In this document: positions 34,030-48,132 of the stretch, in pieces
Position numbering within the stretch: position 1 is the first letter of the stretch
Layout of the letters: each line of letters opens with the position of its first letter
Source: Marsupella aquatica
Taxonomy: Eukaryota; Plantae; Marchantiophyta
Reading direction: 5' to 3'
Assembly: GCA_973895155.1 (NCBI GenBank)
Contig: OZ316891.1
Location: 13,485,037-13,549,036, forward strand
Length of the DNA: 64,000 nucleotides
Made by a program: the position numbers and the translations under genes
Notes under the pieces: model-generated
What the model saw: the letters and a program-made list of their open reading frames with translations, nothing else
Told to the model about the DNA's origin: nothing
The model's database searches: none

Positions 34030-37000
34030 CGGACACCATCAATTATGGGTCAGTGATAGAAAACTAGTAGTCTCTAGACGTAGGTACATGTTGCAGTTCA
34101 GAAAAAGCACATATTGGAAAGATGGCTTGTGATATGAAAAGATCTTTAGCTGAATGCGAAGGGAGCACATCTCACCGCTAAAATCTATGCAGTTTCTTGC
34201 TATGAATTTTGCCGTAGCAATGATGTATATTTGGGAAATATCTTTCTTCTAAGCATCATAGATATGCAAGGCCTTTGTCAAGCCATCAACTGGCATCTAA
34301 AAGGTCATTGTCTATAAGCGTGATTTTGGGTGGCGACTTATCTTTCGAAGAGGCAGTACTGAAACAAGGACCAGGCAGTCCTTGGATCGTATGTGCTTAG
34401 TGCTGAGTGGAGGGTGGTGTGTCTATTGGAAAAGAGATCATTGCACTTCTTCGGGGGTACATGCTTTCGAGCGTTCTACCTGTGTTTCTTTGCCTTTCTT
34501 CTCAGTATTTAAGACAATGTATTGATACTGCTATCAGAGAAGGCACAGGGTAAGTGGCTCGATAAGTGGAAACTGGAGAGAAACTACAATAGTGGATCTA
34601 CGGGCTCCACCTGGACGCAAACATTCGCCTAATGAGATAGGATGGAGGTAGCAGAGACTCCACTGAGGATTACTGGATGTTTGGACCGAGGTAATGTTTA
34701 AATTGTCAACAGAATAGTTTAAATTTTGTCATTTAAATTTTGTCAACAGAATTTAGTTTATGCTTAGAACCATTGTCAACTCACCTGCTCTCGATTCTAG
34801 CCACATTCTTTCCTAACTAGAACGTCATAGCTGGCGGTTTGTGTCAAGGACAGTCAGTGGTAGTTTAAGCTCTTGCTTAGAATATTTGACTACTCATTCC
34901 CTACTTGCAATTGACCCATTCACAAGCTCCCCATTGTCACTAACAAAACACAAAACCCAATTTCAAAATGCACAACTTTTGACAATCCGACTTTGGTACC
35001 CAGAACTTGAAAAACATAACAGTAAGGCACCAGCAGCAATCCATGCACCCCTCCCTCCAGCTTAAACTCCTCCTGAGTTTTTTCAATCTATCACTCACTC
35101 TAGGCATGCCCTTACAAAAATACAGCCCAATCGAGACCTTCTTTCCGACCAATGATAACAACATAGATCAGGCTATAGTTTCAAGTAAATCACGTTATGC
35201 ACACTATACACAACACTCACATCTAATAGTGGCACAGTCTCCTGCATTCCAAGAGCTACTTCACAATTCTGAGCAAGGGGGTTGGTATTGTCCTCAAGTA
35301 GTCACATTTCAAGACATAAAGAACTCAGTTGTGCAAAATCACTAGGTTTGCACTAACTAGATCTATTGTCTTGAAGAGTTGGCTTGTCACAATTTGCTTT
35401 ATTCCCTTTCGAGCCTGATAACCACTATTGAGCTCATCAATTCCATGGTCTGATTGTTTGCAATTGACTTCTAGTTCAAGGTCCGGTGCAAATCATTGTC
35501 TCCAAACCCAAAAGCTTTTCCTCTTGTAAGGCCCCTATCTTGGTACTACTATTTCCATGACCTAAGAAATGAATTCTCAGATTGTCTGGGGGACTGAATA
35601 ATATTCCTGAGCTAGCAAGCTCTCTAGACAAACAATAGTTCCCTTGTTCCTTTTGTGTGTTTGTTTGTCCACGGGAAAAATAGAGGGTGACCTAGGGAAA
35701 CAGAGGATGCCAGGGTAATGCAGCATATGTGATGATACATAATATTTGGAACTGAACCACCTGTTCTGGGGTCAGAGCGTACGATCCCAAGCTTGATGCT
35801 TGCTCTCCAATCACGCCCTTCAAATCTGGCTGAAGGGAAATCACTTTACAACAGTTGAGGAGCAGCGCTCTGGCGCTCCAGAGAAGGTGATCGATTATGA
35901 TGATCATACTGAAGGTCATAGGGATAACTGTTTTCTGCTGGTTTCTCATCCAGGAAAGAATGAGATGAGATTAATGAAATCTGCTGGGAGAGATAGTTCT
36001 GCCGTCACATTCACCTCACAAGAAAGGCTCCACGTAATGAACAATCATTTTGTTGTGTGTGTCATGGAGGAAATGTGTCCCATGGAGGGAACTCCATATT
36101 TTCTGCGGCATTCAATTTGGTTTTCCGCAGTTCTACCCGATTTTGATGAGAGAAACCAGGACGCCATTGTGGTTGTTGACGATGAGATTCTGGATATAAG
36201 GCAATTGTGGAGTTTGCCGAAGAGAGTGTTGTATCGTCCCTTCTTCGAGGCAGAGGGAACGTAAGCAGCAACAAAAAGATTGTGTGCCAGACAGGACTCA
36301 GATATCCTCTCTCTTCAAACCACTTGACTTCAGCTTTTTCATGCATCACATGAAAACTCGACCGAAATTCCCAGTAAGCCAGCCTCTACTCCTACTTCGC
36401 TTTATCCGATTCCGCCGTGCTCTCCAGGCCCAGCTCTGGGCTGACGCATGAGACTGGCTTTCACCAGATTTTGGATCAGCCCAGTTTTTGGTGAGACCAT
36501 GTTCAGCTGACTTGGGTCACTGCTGAAGTTCGTTGGAGAAAATCCCCAACTCCCTGTAGTTGTTGGGGAAATTTTAGGTGGTGGAATGGTTTTTGTGGAT
36601 GTACCGTACTATCTTCGGTAGTATTGCTTGAAATTGAACAGATAGTCTGCTGGGAATGGAAACTGGAAAAATGTCATCATGTGTCACTTTGGAGATGAAG
36701 CACACTCGTGAAATAATTGAGTTTTACCTTTGAGCAATTGAAAGCAATGTTAATGTGATGTGTCCCCAAAGAAGTCTGAAAAGACATAAGGTGGTTGCAT
36801 AATGGCACCCGCATTTTAACTACAGTAGAGTCATAAGGAATTGTGAAATTATTAACCTATGATCAATAAATCGTCACAGCTTTTGACAATGTCCACGGTT
36901 GCGTCCAGTACACCCATCCGACAAAAGGAGCGGGAGATCGTTTTCAGCACCGACAGGTCATCGAGTTCAATGCAGACCAAGCCATGCACAAAGCAACCAA

Positions 37001-38313
37001 GTATGAGAGACACAGACGATGGCAATCGGAAACAAACTACTCAGACCAGGTCTAGTAACTGTCCAGATCTGCATCTCAACTCCGCAGTATTTAGATGGCT
37101 GCCAGTGGAGAGCTTTAGAGACAATCCTTAGAGTTTAAGGGACCGCGATCTAAACTCGTTTTCGCAAGTTTTGGCAGCTGGTTAAAGGAACGAACGAACA
37201 CGTTCGCGAGCGGCGGCCGCTGGACGTATTCCAGAAAATATGCAATCACTTTCCCACACCCAGTGCCCACCACCAAGTTGTGACTGATGCCGGTCACCTT
37301 CATTAGTGACGCTTTTTCCGCAACAACGGTAAACTATTGATACGGTAAACTATTGATCTCCGTAGTTTCTGTTCTACTTCTCTTGATGGGCAGCTCGTCC
37401 CCTGCGTGTCCGCCAACAGGTCTTTCTTAACGGATCCAAATTGATCTGAAGGGTGGCCTGTAAGAAACTACTGTATGTCGCACGGTCCTAGCGGAGGCAA
37501 AATCCCAGGTTCTTGGTGAGTACCATCGAATCTCTCGCGCCATCCAGTCCTCACCATGTACCACATCCTCAGTATCATCCATTTATCTCACGTGATGTGA
37601 TACACTCTTTTTTAATCGCGACATGAGACAAGTTGCTCAGTCCAAGTCTCCATGAACAAGATAAGATGGAAGTTCCTGGACAATCCCTTACTACCAATCA
37701 GTTCGAAGTGTACACAACGTAAAGCTCGATCCATAGCCTCCTACAACCGGGCCATTTGGTATACGTGCAGTAACTACGGTGCATCCGATTGTTGTGGAAG
37801 CTCTTATTCAAAGCTCAAGCCCAGATTCGGCACTTAAATCCTATATCAGACATAGGTATTGAAAAAATCTCAATTTGATGCAAATAAATCCGTTCCTTTA
37901 CGCCCTGAAACAAACTACTCATGCAGTATGCCTCGGTGTCATTTTTGAGATTCCTCATTCCCAGTATTCATGCTGATAGTGCCCATAAACGTGACTGACT
38001 GAGCAAGAACCCAAAAGTGTCGCACAAGTTACTTTCGTGTCCTGGAACGGGTCACCAAATTTGTCTATTAATCGATATAGAGGAGCAGAATATACAATCT
38101 GCAAAAGCTGTTTTCTCTTCCTTCCACATGAGTAAGTAGTCCATAAATATACCGAAGTGAGGGGATGGACGGGCGCAGTACTGTCTGGTACCCATCCCAT
38201 TTCTACTTCCAGCACCAATATGGTGCGAACTTGCCAGACAGCAAATAGTAAGATGAGAAAATGATGAAAACAATGACCATCGTTAAGACTGCTTTGGATC
38301 TCGCACTAACTTT

Positions 38314-41300
38314 TTAGGGGGGGGTTGTTTCTATGTCATCGCCAATAGAATTTGTAAACTTTACAGTCTGTATCAATCGTTCTCTCAACAACTCCAAGTT
38401 CTGATCTGAAATCGCCTTGTGTAACTGAGCATGATTATACTTCTGCAAACCAGTATTGAAGGAAAACCATCATCAAATTCTATCATTCGTCCACAAGTTG
38501 TTGAGAGATTGAAAATAGAAGAAGAATTCAATTCATTATCTGTTGACTACTGGTTGAATACCGAACGGGTCTCAGAGTCGATAATTTATATGCCGCACAC
38601 AGTACTGCTATAGTGGGGTTAAAACAAATCTCATTTTTCAAAAGTTCGTAGTCGAGGTTTACCTTCACCCACTTGTTGAAGAGGTGCAATCTTGTAACCA
38701 TTACTCGTTCTCCAAGCTCCTGCCGCTCCTGCTCCAAAACAATTAGTAGGTAAAACCTCTAAAATTAGGTGCCGACCTAGTCTGGCTCCAACTGTGTGAC
38801 AATATCTCTCAAACTCCTCTGCCAAAATACTCGGAAACTTCACAAGTTTTGCTAGCTGTAACAGCTCTCTTTTGCAGACCAAGGTAAAACACAATGTAAC
38901 TCACGCCACATGAGAGGACTTCAACTTGTGCACGTAGTGTCACTTCTGCGGCTGGGATGGAAAGTATATTACTAAAAATAGGCCATCCTGTTCATTCCTT
39001 CAAGGCTGTGACCTCAACATCCTATGTGTTACGGGTTTGTGATGGAGCTAGGAGTTATCAGACTAGAAGATATGTAGTCCAACTGAGCTGAAGACCAACG
39101 CTTATCTGTAGTATAGTCAAGGCAATTCTGGACATGAAACAATCTGTAAAATCAATGGATGCAATCCAGTACAAAGAGATTTTGAACATGTTCTCCGTAA
39201 TATCTGAATTGAAAGACTATACGCGAGCGTAGTCAACTTTAGGCGACCCTTGAACTCGAACATTGACTCAATTGATTGAATCTGACGACAAACAGCTTTA
39301 AATTAAACGATGCATGCAGGATGGAATTGAGATTGTTGCAGATCCTATTCGTATCGTTATGCCAGGTCTTCTGCAAGGTTCTTGCAGGCCTTAGAGGAGG
39401 AATTAAAACAGTGTCTGAAATATTCAAAAGTGTTTTCTGGATGAATCTGAAGGAGTTCGAGGTAGGAATTACAGAGAAGGCGCTTCAGGCACATTTAGGT
39501 CTGTATCAGCAGTTTAGGGTGGAATCAATCCGGCAGAAGCTATGCATAGCATTTGAGGAGAGCCTTTTGAACTGTTTCAATAATTTCCAATTCAAGTTGC
39601 CCTTCAATTGCTACAAGTTCCATCTGTCTATGAGAGGCTATGGCAGACACTACGAAAGGGCCGCGGTTCGACGAATTAGGACATCCGTAACTCTATCAAC
39701 CTTAACATCATAGATGCACAAGCTTTAAAAAAGACGAGACGTCAAGCAAACTGGAACAAACATTTACCTTGACTAGGAGGCGCAGGAAAAGTTTACTGTC
39801 CTGAGGCTTATTATTAACGACAAAGCTGCAACCAATGACAATTCAGAAAGAATATGAAATCAAGTTCAACGCACAGATAAAATCCACAAATCACAAACGC
39901 CAGCAACGTAAGCAAAACATATGTCAGCAAAAGACAATAAATTGAATACGAACAGCTACGGCCTTTAGGGCATTTGCATGAACCTAAAGAATGGAAGTGA
40001 CACTTGAACTGATCATCCACAAAGTAAGCCACACACAATCACTTCACAGACTTCTTTTTGGACCAGATACTGCTCAATCGGACCACCAGGTCTATAGGTC
40101 TATCAGAGCTCATCGATCACTTACTTGTAAAACCAAGCATATTGATGGGGGTTCATCTCCGAAAGTTGTGCGAGAACTGTCCTCACTGCTTTATAGGTGA
40201 AATAATCCAGAAGATGCTGCAATCATCGGCAAATATTCGTTCCGTCAATTAAAAAATGGTTAAGAGTTTCGGACCCTGTTCCCACGAAGCAAATCGTTCG
40301 TGAAAGATGATCGAAGTAATTTCAGGTGACACAGAAACCGCGTAAAGTAGATTTAGTTGTTGCTAGTTAGAATCGTTGTAAATCTACTAGAATACAAAGG
40401 ATAGTAAGCAACTTAACATCTAGATTGAGCTGTAGGCAAAGGACATAATCTGATCCAAGACTTGGCCCTGCACCGGTATTCACACCGGATATTACTACTG
40501 CAAGTGATAGACAAGCCGTAGGCCGACCAGTTCCAGATATTCGCGACAAATGACATTGGAAGGATAGACAGAATGAGGCAGAGCGATGGAGAAAAGGTCG
40601 ACACTACACTGGCGTTCTTTCCCCAAAGGACAAGTCCTTCGGTCAAAAGTCTTCAACACTACCAGCCTGCGAGGGGAGGGCAAACCGATACTGGAGTTTT
40701 ACGACTAGATGAGGTGAGGCATGTGACAACAGACTCGAAATTTTCTCCACCTGCCTACGAGATTTGAAGGCGTGAAGTAGGCAACCAATTCAGGGCACGG
40801 CACAGCACGACGCAGGTCAGCCAGCCCTCAGCATCAAGGCGAAATACATTACGGAGACGCCACAATATTGGATGCGCAAATTGGATGCATTCAGCATCGA
40901 ATCAGCTTCACAAAATCATGGACACACAATATCCGCACTGAACGAGCTGGGGTCGTCTCTAGTCTGCCCACACGAGTCCAGTTTTGGTCTTGATTCGTAC
41001 ATCTCTCCAATTACATGCACAAGGTAACGACTATTTTATATGATAGAAGATTAGATATCTTATAACCGGGCCCGACTCCTCTAAGATAAAACTTCAACAA
41101 CGTTACATTGAGCACGAACCTAAACTCCCCGCCGTGAGCTGTATGCTATGTTATGTTTAATCCTATCGTGCAGTGCAATTCAAGACCACAGCAATTCCTT
41201 CATGTGCAGTTCAAGACGTAGCATGTAGGGTTTAAGTCTTGCACTGCTTCCACTGAATTCCACAGCAACTCAGCTTACATTCCATGCAGGCGGACAAGAA

Positions 41301-41794
41301 TTCATGATCACAAGTCAGGTCCTGTAATCCGAATAACTGACTAAGACAGAGGCGAGAATAAAATAAGAGAACGACGAAGTCGAGCAACGCACCTTTTGGA
41401 CGTCGTCAAAACTTTCCTCATATTGGCCTCCGAGATCATCCACGACGCGCGGTCCATGATGTTCTCCAGATGCAGATGGCACCAATTGCAACAATACTTT
41501 CGAACACATGCGCGAGTCTTCCCAGGCGTATGTCAGAGAACTCTGCAGCCCAAGACTACTCCCGCTAGAACTATTAGATCGTCTAATTCTTCTTCCAGAA
41601 CAGCGTCCGCGCCCTTTCGCTCCATTATCATTCAAGCATGCTGCCACTGCTTCTCTAGCAATTACTTTAACGTATCTGTCTGTGCTTAATCTGCTCCCAT
41701 TCCCAATACAGTACGTCGTAACGTCCAAACATGAGCTTCGAGGCCCAGGCAAAGACCTTCCCAACACCGAATTTGTGACTATCCCACCTGTCAT
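38314..41794 (-). CDS. RBCX2: Chaperonin-like RbcX protein (Rubisco assembly chaperone), chloroplastic, RbcX2-like; 5 coding exons
   Basis: Minus-strand exons: 41794-41393 (transit peptide...DDLGGQYEESFDDVQK), 40216-40125 (HLLDYFTYKAVRTVLAQLSEMNPHQYAWFYN), 39825-39768 (FVVNNKPQDSKLFLRLLVK), 38728-38663 (ERQELGERVMVTRLHLFNKWVK), 38442-38314 (KYNHAQLHKAISDQNLELLRERLIQT...TAA). Motifs match plant RbcX as I recall them. Confidence 0.92.
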
Positions 41795-42984
41795 AATACC
41801 TGTCGCTAGCTCTCCTCCGCCAACGCCAACCAACCGACCGAATCAATTCCTTCCTTCGTTCCTTCAGGTCTTCTCTTCCCCGCACGAAGTACTGCAATTC
41901 CCAATCGCGCTTATTGTTCACTAAAATCTGAGTTGTGCTCCCTCCCTCCCTTCCTCACTGCAAAACAATTCGCACTCAACTTCTCCAAAAGACTCACACG
42001 AGATGGACGTGACAGATACTCAAAACGCAAGCAAGCAATGTTGCTTAAGACTAGGGAACGAGGAATCTAGAATGCTTTCTCAAGCAGGAAAGATACCGCC
42101 GCACGCAATCCAATCTAGATCAGTAGTCCAAATATCCAATCCAGCAAGCAAGACGAGCATCAGTTGAGGTGAGAGTGAGAGAGTGAGAGAGTGACCTACA
42201 GACGACAGAGGCTGTGAAATCGCCACGGATCTCAATTCATCATTTCATCGCAAGGGCAGAGTGAGTGACAGGCGATACAACAGTTGGTCGGCGCAAGAAA
42301 TCACCGGCAGATTGAGATTTTACAACATCGACAAGCAAACGGAAGAGAAGGCAAAGGAACGCAAGGCAACGCGGGAGAGGGAGGGAACGGCGTCCACTCC
42401 CGCGCGCGCACCTCTGACCAGGGCAGAGGACGAGAAAGGCAGAGACCGGAGAGAGCTCTGAGAGACACAGAGGAATGGAGAAAGCACTGAGCTCTGGGGG
42501 TAAGTTTTGCGAGATGCTGCAGCCAGCTTTTTTTCTCTTTTCCAGAACCGAACGGACGGATGGCTGGTACAGGTGGGGCGCAGAAGGAATGCGTCGAGAT
42601 ACCCTTCGATTCAACGAAATTCTTCGGAAGGAGGCGGAATCTGTCTCTCGTCAGTCGCGCATCTGGGCCTACTCCTCGTCTGCAATCGTGAGCGGAACAT
42701 CAGGCTCAAACATGGAATGCCGTGGCAATTCACAGACCACTCTCGTCGCGCCCGGATCGAAGGAGCATGCTTTCTCCGAGTGGGTGGGCCTTCGCTGCAG
42801 ACGGCAGAGGATTGAGGATTGAAGATTGAGGATTGAACCCGCAAACGATAAGAAGATTCAGTGTCCAGATTCAGACTAAGCTTTGTTTCCTGGCGACTGG
42901 TTTTTATGTGGCTGCAAATTGCCATCCACCATGGATTTGGTCGAGCCGCCAAAGCTTCTCCCCACCTCACTTGCAGTGGATAGC

Positions 42985-43012
42985 GAGCGAGAGAGAGAGA
43001 GAGAGAGAGAGA
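42985..43012. repeat. (GA)n microsatellite upstream of RbcX
   Basis: Perfect GA run. Possibly a GAGA-type promoter element. Confidence 0.85.
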
Positions 43013-43074
43013 GGGGTGACTATTGACTGACTGGGGGGTGTGCTTGGGTCTGGGGGTCATGCATGTCAGCCAAC

Positions 43075-44215
43075 CTACCTATCTATTTATCTAACTAACT
43101 CAACTCATCTATATAATTCTGATGCAACCTTCCTATTGATGGCCTAGAGTCTAGAGTGACTACTACTAGAATGCTACTCTTCAGGGCCTTCGGTGTAAAG
43201 TGGAGCCTCTTGGACGCGACTGAGCCGAGTGTGAAATTGGGATTGGGGGCAGGTTGAATCTCTGAAAATGGAGCAATGGCTTGAATGTCATCACCTCTAT
43301 TTCTGTTTTAATTTTTGCTTTAAGAAGGGGCTTTTGGGCTAATCTGTATTATAATTTGCAATCAAATTATACCCTTCATGACCTACTCAGTAAAGTGAAG
43401 CCTTGGATCTTAATTTCTGTGGTATCACAAAATTTTCAAATGTAGACTATGCTTGTGAGTAGGGTTGGGCACTTGGAGTCTGCGCACAAGAATCCAACAT
43501 GTGCATACCTATCTATCTCTAGGGCCTACAGTGTAGAGTGGAGCGAGTGGAAAATTGGGATTGGGGGCACGGTGAATCTCTGACAGCTGGGCAAGAGTTT
43601 GAACATAACATATTCACCTCTATATCTGTTCAAAGAACAGACAGTAAGGCTAATCTATATTATAATTTGCAATCATAGTCCATTCATGACCTACTCCATG
43701 GAGTGAAGCCCTTTGTTATTTCTTTGGTATCACAAGATCTTGATATGTAGACTATGCTTGTGAACAGGATTGGGAATGGGGAGTCTGGGTACCTGGAACC
43801 CAACCTGTGCATACCTATCTATCATCTATCTAACTATATAATTGTGATCCAATCTTCCTCTGACTTGATGGCCTAGTGTCTAGACTGGAACTCTACTCTT
43901 CAGGGCCTATGGTGTAAAGTGGAGCCTCTAGACATGACTCTAGGAGCAAGTGGAATATCGGGATTGGGGGCAAGGTGAATCTCTGAAAATGACACAAGGG
44001 CTTGAATGTCTTCACCTCTATTTCTGCTCAAGTAACGGACACTCAGGCTAATCTATACTATAATTTGGAATCAACATATACATTTTATGACCTACTCCAT
44101 AGAGTGAAGCACTAAATCGTTATTTCTCTGGTATCGCAAAAAAATTATATTTAGACTATGCTAGTGAGTAGGGACGGGCATGGGGAGTCTGGGTACAGGA
44201 ACCTTTCCTATGCAT
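43075..44215. repeat. Three tandem degenerate copies of a 300-440 bp dispersed repeat
   Basis: Repeated blocks GGGATTGGGGGCA..TGAATCTCTGA, GGCTAATCT.TA.TATAATTTG.AATC, ATGACCTACTC and AGACTATGCT.GTGA..AGG. A partial copy also occurs at about 61770-61866. Confidence 0.8.
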
Positions 44216-46064
44216 ATGGGGCTGGTACATAGGAACCTAAACAAAGAAGCACTTATTGAGTGACAGGGATTGTAAATTTAAAGTGGACTTTGGCCCCTAT
44301 ATTAGTTAATTCTTCCTTCCATTCATCCCTCCATCTATCTGTCATTTCCTTTGTCCCGCCCTCCATCACAACTTTAGCATGAGCTATGGTACTGTTGTAT
44401 GGCAGGGATATGTGGGGTTTGATGAACGACTGTCCTCCGGTTTTGAGAGAGTCCAACGTGATCATTGTGGTGTGGCACGGTAGTGAGTTTGAGGGTAGAG
44501 GGGTCTGTCCATCCGGCACTCCCCCACCCTATATTAGCCATTGGAGGGAGATATGAGTCTGAAGGTTTGTTGAAAGGCCAGTTTGGGTTTTATTGAGTTC
44601 AATGTAATCATTGTGAGGTGGCATGCTAATGAGTTTAAGGGCAGAGGAGTCTGTACATCCATTCATCCATCCATCCCACACTCCTCGTCAAGTAGTGTTG
44701 CAATGAGTTTGAGTAACTAGTGGATTGGGTGTTGAGGTTATGCCAAAAGTACTTAGTCCTTCTGTCCATCCATCCCACACTCCACCACTACCCAAAGAAC
44801 TATGTTGCCATGGTAAGGGAGATGTAGGTTGCAGGGCTGATTAAGCCCGTCCTTGGGTTTTGAGAATGAATGAATGTAATCATTGTGGTGTGGTATGCTG
44901 ATAATTCAAGTGTAGAGGAGCGCTTCCATCTATCATCCATCCTGCGCTGCCCCACAACTACTGTTGCCATTGGAAGGCAATATAGGCTCAAAGATTTGAA
45001 AGAAGGACCATCCTCAGGTTGTGACTCATGGATTGTGCCCATACCCTTGTCACATGCTTGTGAGCTGAGGGTGGATGAAAGGCCACTTCACCATCTGGAG
45101 AAACATCCTCTCGTCTAGTCTAGGGAAATGCATGTTATCCTTGCAAGAGGAAGTTGCCATGTGTCAAGCCAGACCAAGGGTCCAGACATGGCCACTCCTC
45201 ACAATGTAAAATTGCCACATGACCAAAACACATTCAGAGCACTGAACTGGGACACTTTTTGCTCTAATTAGTTACAGTAGCAATGCATCTTTCAGCATTG
45301 TTTCTACTTCTTCGCTATTGGAAGCAAACTAATGTTCTCATATAATGATGAGGTGCAAACAGTAATGATGACTGAATTCTATATGTTGCAAACTTAATGT
45401 TGTGCATGTAAAGGTGGTCTGGTATCAATTTTCTTTTCTTTGAAAACTTTTCCTCTGTTAGAATCTGTTGGTCTTTAGATATTTTATGTCTCTTATTTTC
45501 TACTCTTTCTAGGGTTTTGGGGTTTGCATTTCTTCTGTTCTTTTAAGTTTGGTGTTTGTCCTCTCTGGGTCCTTTTGCTTTTACCCACTGTCAGTCCATT
45601 TTAGTAAGAACACACTTTTTAAGAACAATTACTGAGCCTTCAAACTTCACATGAAGGATCCTTGTAGTTTGGGCAAGAAAATATTTTTTTGGAGAATTGT
45701 TGTGGAAGAATTGTTGGCATCATTGTTTTGCTATCCAAAAATATCCAGATTCAAGACACTCCTTTGTGTCATTAAACTAGCTCTAAATTTTTAGTCTCTC
45801 TACAGCAGGTGGTTACTAAAGACAGTGCCTACATTGTGAATTGATAGCCCACTTTCCCCTAATTCAGAAAATAATAATGGCCATACACCCACAAAATCAA
45901 TGTGTGATGATCAACATATATTAAAGTGATCTGTACTCCCACTTTGCTGCTATGGTCATCCCTCTCTAATTGCAATCTATCCATGCGACCCCAATGTGCA
46001 AACAAAGGGTTTGTAGGGTTCCTCAGTTCTTGCTTACTGCAAAAAACTTGGCATGAAGGCAAGT

Positions 46065-46441
46065 AAACACTAAAGATATCATTAGTGCAAATCTGGCTGA
46101 CTGAAATTCTTCTTTTATTGATAAGTGCAATTTTAAGTTATTATTGGACTTACTGATTAGTCCAAACACAAAAACTTGGTAGAGTTATGTTTGCAATGCA
46201 TGAGGATACATTATCTATTGCTTGCATATGTTTATGCAGTTTCAGTCTGTTCTCAAAAAACACTAAAGACTTCATTAGTGCAAATCTTGCTAACTGGAAT
46301 TTGCATTAATTGATAAGTGCAATTTTAGGTTATTATGGGACTTACTGATTAGTGCAAACACAAAAACTTTGTAGAGTTATGTTTGCAATTCATGAGGCTC
46401 CATTATCTATTGCTTGCATATATTAAGCAGTTTCAGTCTGT
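46065..46441. repeat. Tandem duplication of about 190 bp
   Basis: AAACACTAAAGA..TCATTAGTGCAAATCT...GCAGTTTCAGTCTGT occurs twice (about 46065-46250 and 46258-46441). Confidence 0.85.
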
Positions 46442-47227
46442 CTATAATATGCAAATCAGGAAAAGGAAGGTAGTAAGAGCCTCTCCAATAGTGTCACGGT
46501 AAATGAGTGCTAAACCCAAATTTAGCCCATCATTTGTAGGCCCTGGAATTAGAAAAGGCCCCCTTTTGGATTCAGGCTGGTGGCCCTAGCAAATTTAGCC
46601 CATCATTTGGAAGCCCTGGAATTAGAGAAGTGACATGTTATCATATCCAGGTTCAAAACTTGGAATCTGTCACCACCCACCCCCCTTCTTGTTTTACCTC
46701 TATCGTCCCCAGAGTGATGCGGTGTCACATCTAGGTTCAAAATCTCAAGCATATCAACGATCTTGTATATTTGGAATCTCTCACCAGCCATTTCCCCCCT
46801 TCTTTAATCTCTTTTCTCTCCAAAGTAATGCATCTTGTCACCACCCATTCTCCCCTTTCTTAACCTCTATCCTCTCCAAAGTGATGGATCTTGTATATTG
46901 GGACTCTGTCACAGGTCATTTCCCCTTTCTTTGACCTCTATCCTCCCCAAGTGACAGGTTGCCATGTCTGGACTCAAAATCTCAAAACATATGGAAGATC
47001 TTGTAACTAGTTGTACAATAATTTTCCCCTTCTTTGACCTTTAGCCTCTCCAAATGATGTGTTGGCATATGTAGTTTCAAAATCTCAAGCATATCAAAGA
47101 CCTTGTAACATGTAGTACAATCTGTGACATAGATAGGAATACAGGCCAGGATTGTGGTACTCTCTCCGGACTGCCATTATAAACGGATATGGCAGCCAGA
47201 GTAGCAAGAATAAGTGGCTGGCTGCTA

Positions 47228-47417
47228 TTTATTTAGAGATAGGGGGCTACCACTCGAGAAGTCACTTCCCACCCTTCCAAATTCAGTCCCCATATGCTCT
47301 TTTCAGAGGCTCCTATTTATTTTGAGATGGGGGGGATATTTATTTAGATTAGGGTAGGGGGCTACCACTCCGGAAGTCACTTCCCACCCTTCCAAAATCA
47401 CTCCCTCTATGCTCTTT
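47228..47417. repeat. Direct duplication of about 75 bp
   Basis: TAGGGGGCTACCACTC..GAAGTCACTTCCCACCCTTCCAAA.TCA..CC...TATGCTCTTT occurs twice. Confidence 0.75.
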
Positions 47418-48132
47418 CAGCATTCTGAAGTTGGCTAAAAGGAAGACACTGTCGCAGAGCGCACATGTTAGAGATTCCAAAAATGAGGTCAAATGAGTAT
47501 CATATGGGAATGTAGCTGCTGTACCGGCAACAAGAGAGTAGCATAATTTCGTGGGGAGACCAAATCAACATACTTGAACGACCCTTGTGCAATCATGCCA
47601 TGAGGGAGTTGATTGATCATCCGGAACTCCCATTCTTTTGAAGTGGAGCGGCACACCGACAGGCTGTTCGAGTTTTAAGGAGGCTCGGAAATGTCATAAT
47701 CTGTACGTTGCATGAATTAATTAGTCATAAATGTTATTAGATATACATAACATATGTGAAGGCATCAACCTATCACTCCTCTATCACGTTGTCATGTTGC
47801 TCTCAGGAAAAGTACCCTTTTGGGCGACCAGGTGTTCCAAGCCAAGTGGCGAGAATTTGGGGAAAGGCAGGACTAGGTCAGGTGGACGATGTTTCAACCT
47901 ACTCAAATATGAAGGTCCGCAATCCACCCCTCACAAACAAGTCCAAACTCAATAAATCACATTTGTTGACAGGAGCCTACATTGCACCTCATTGAGCTTC
48001 TACTGGAGGTTTTCAACAATTCTACGGAGAAAGTAAGGGTGAACTTTTCATGTAACCCTTGCACAAGAGTATAACTTCCTATCAGCCATACACCTTCTTA
48101 TTTGGCGAACAACAAGGTGAACCAAACAATGG

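Noticed and set aside
40058-40252. ORF with LRKLCENC resembling ribosomal protein L36
   Set aside because: It is the antisense reading of RbcX exon 2, and the rest of L36 is absent.
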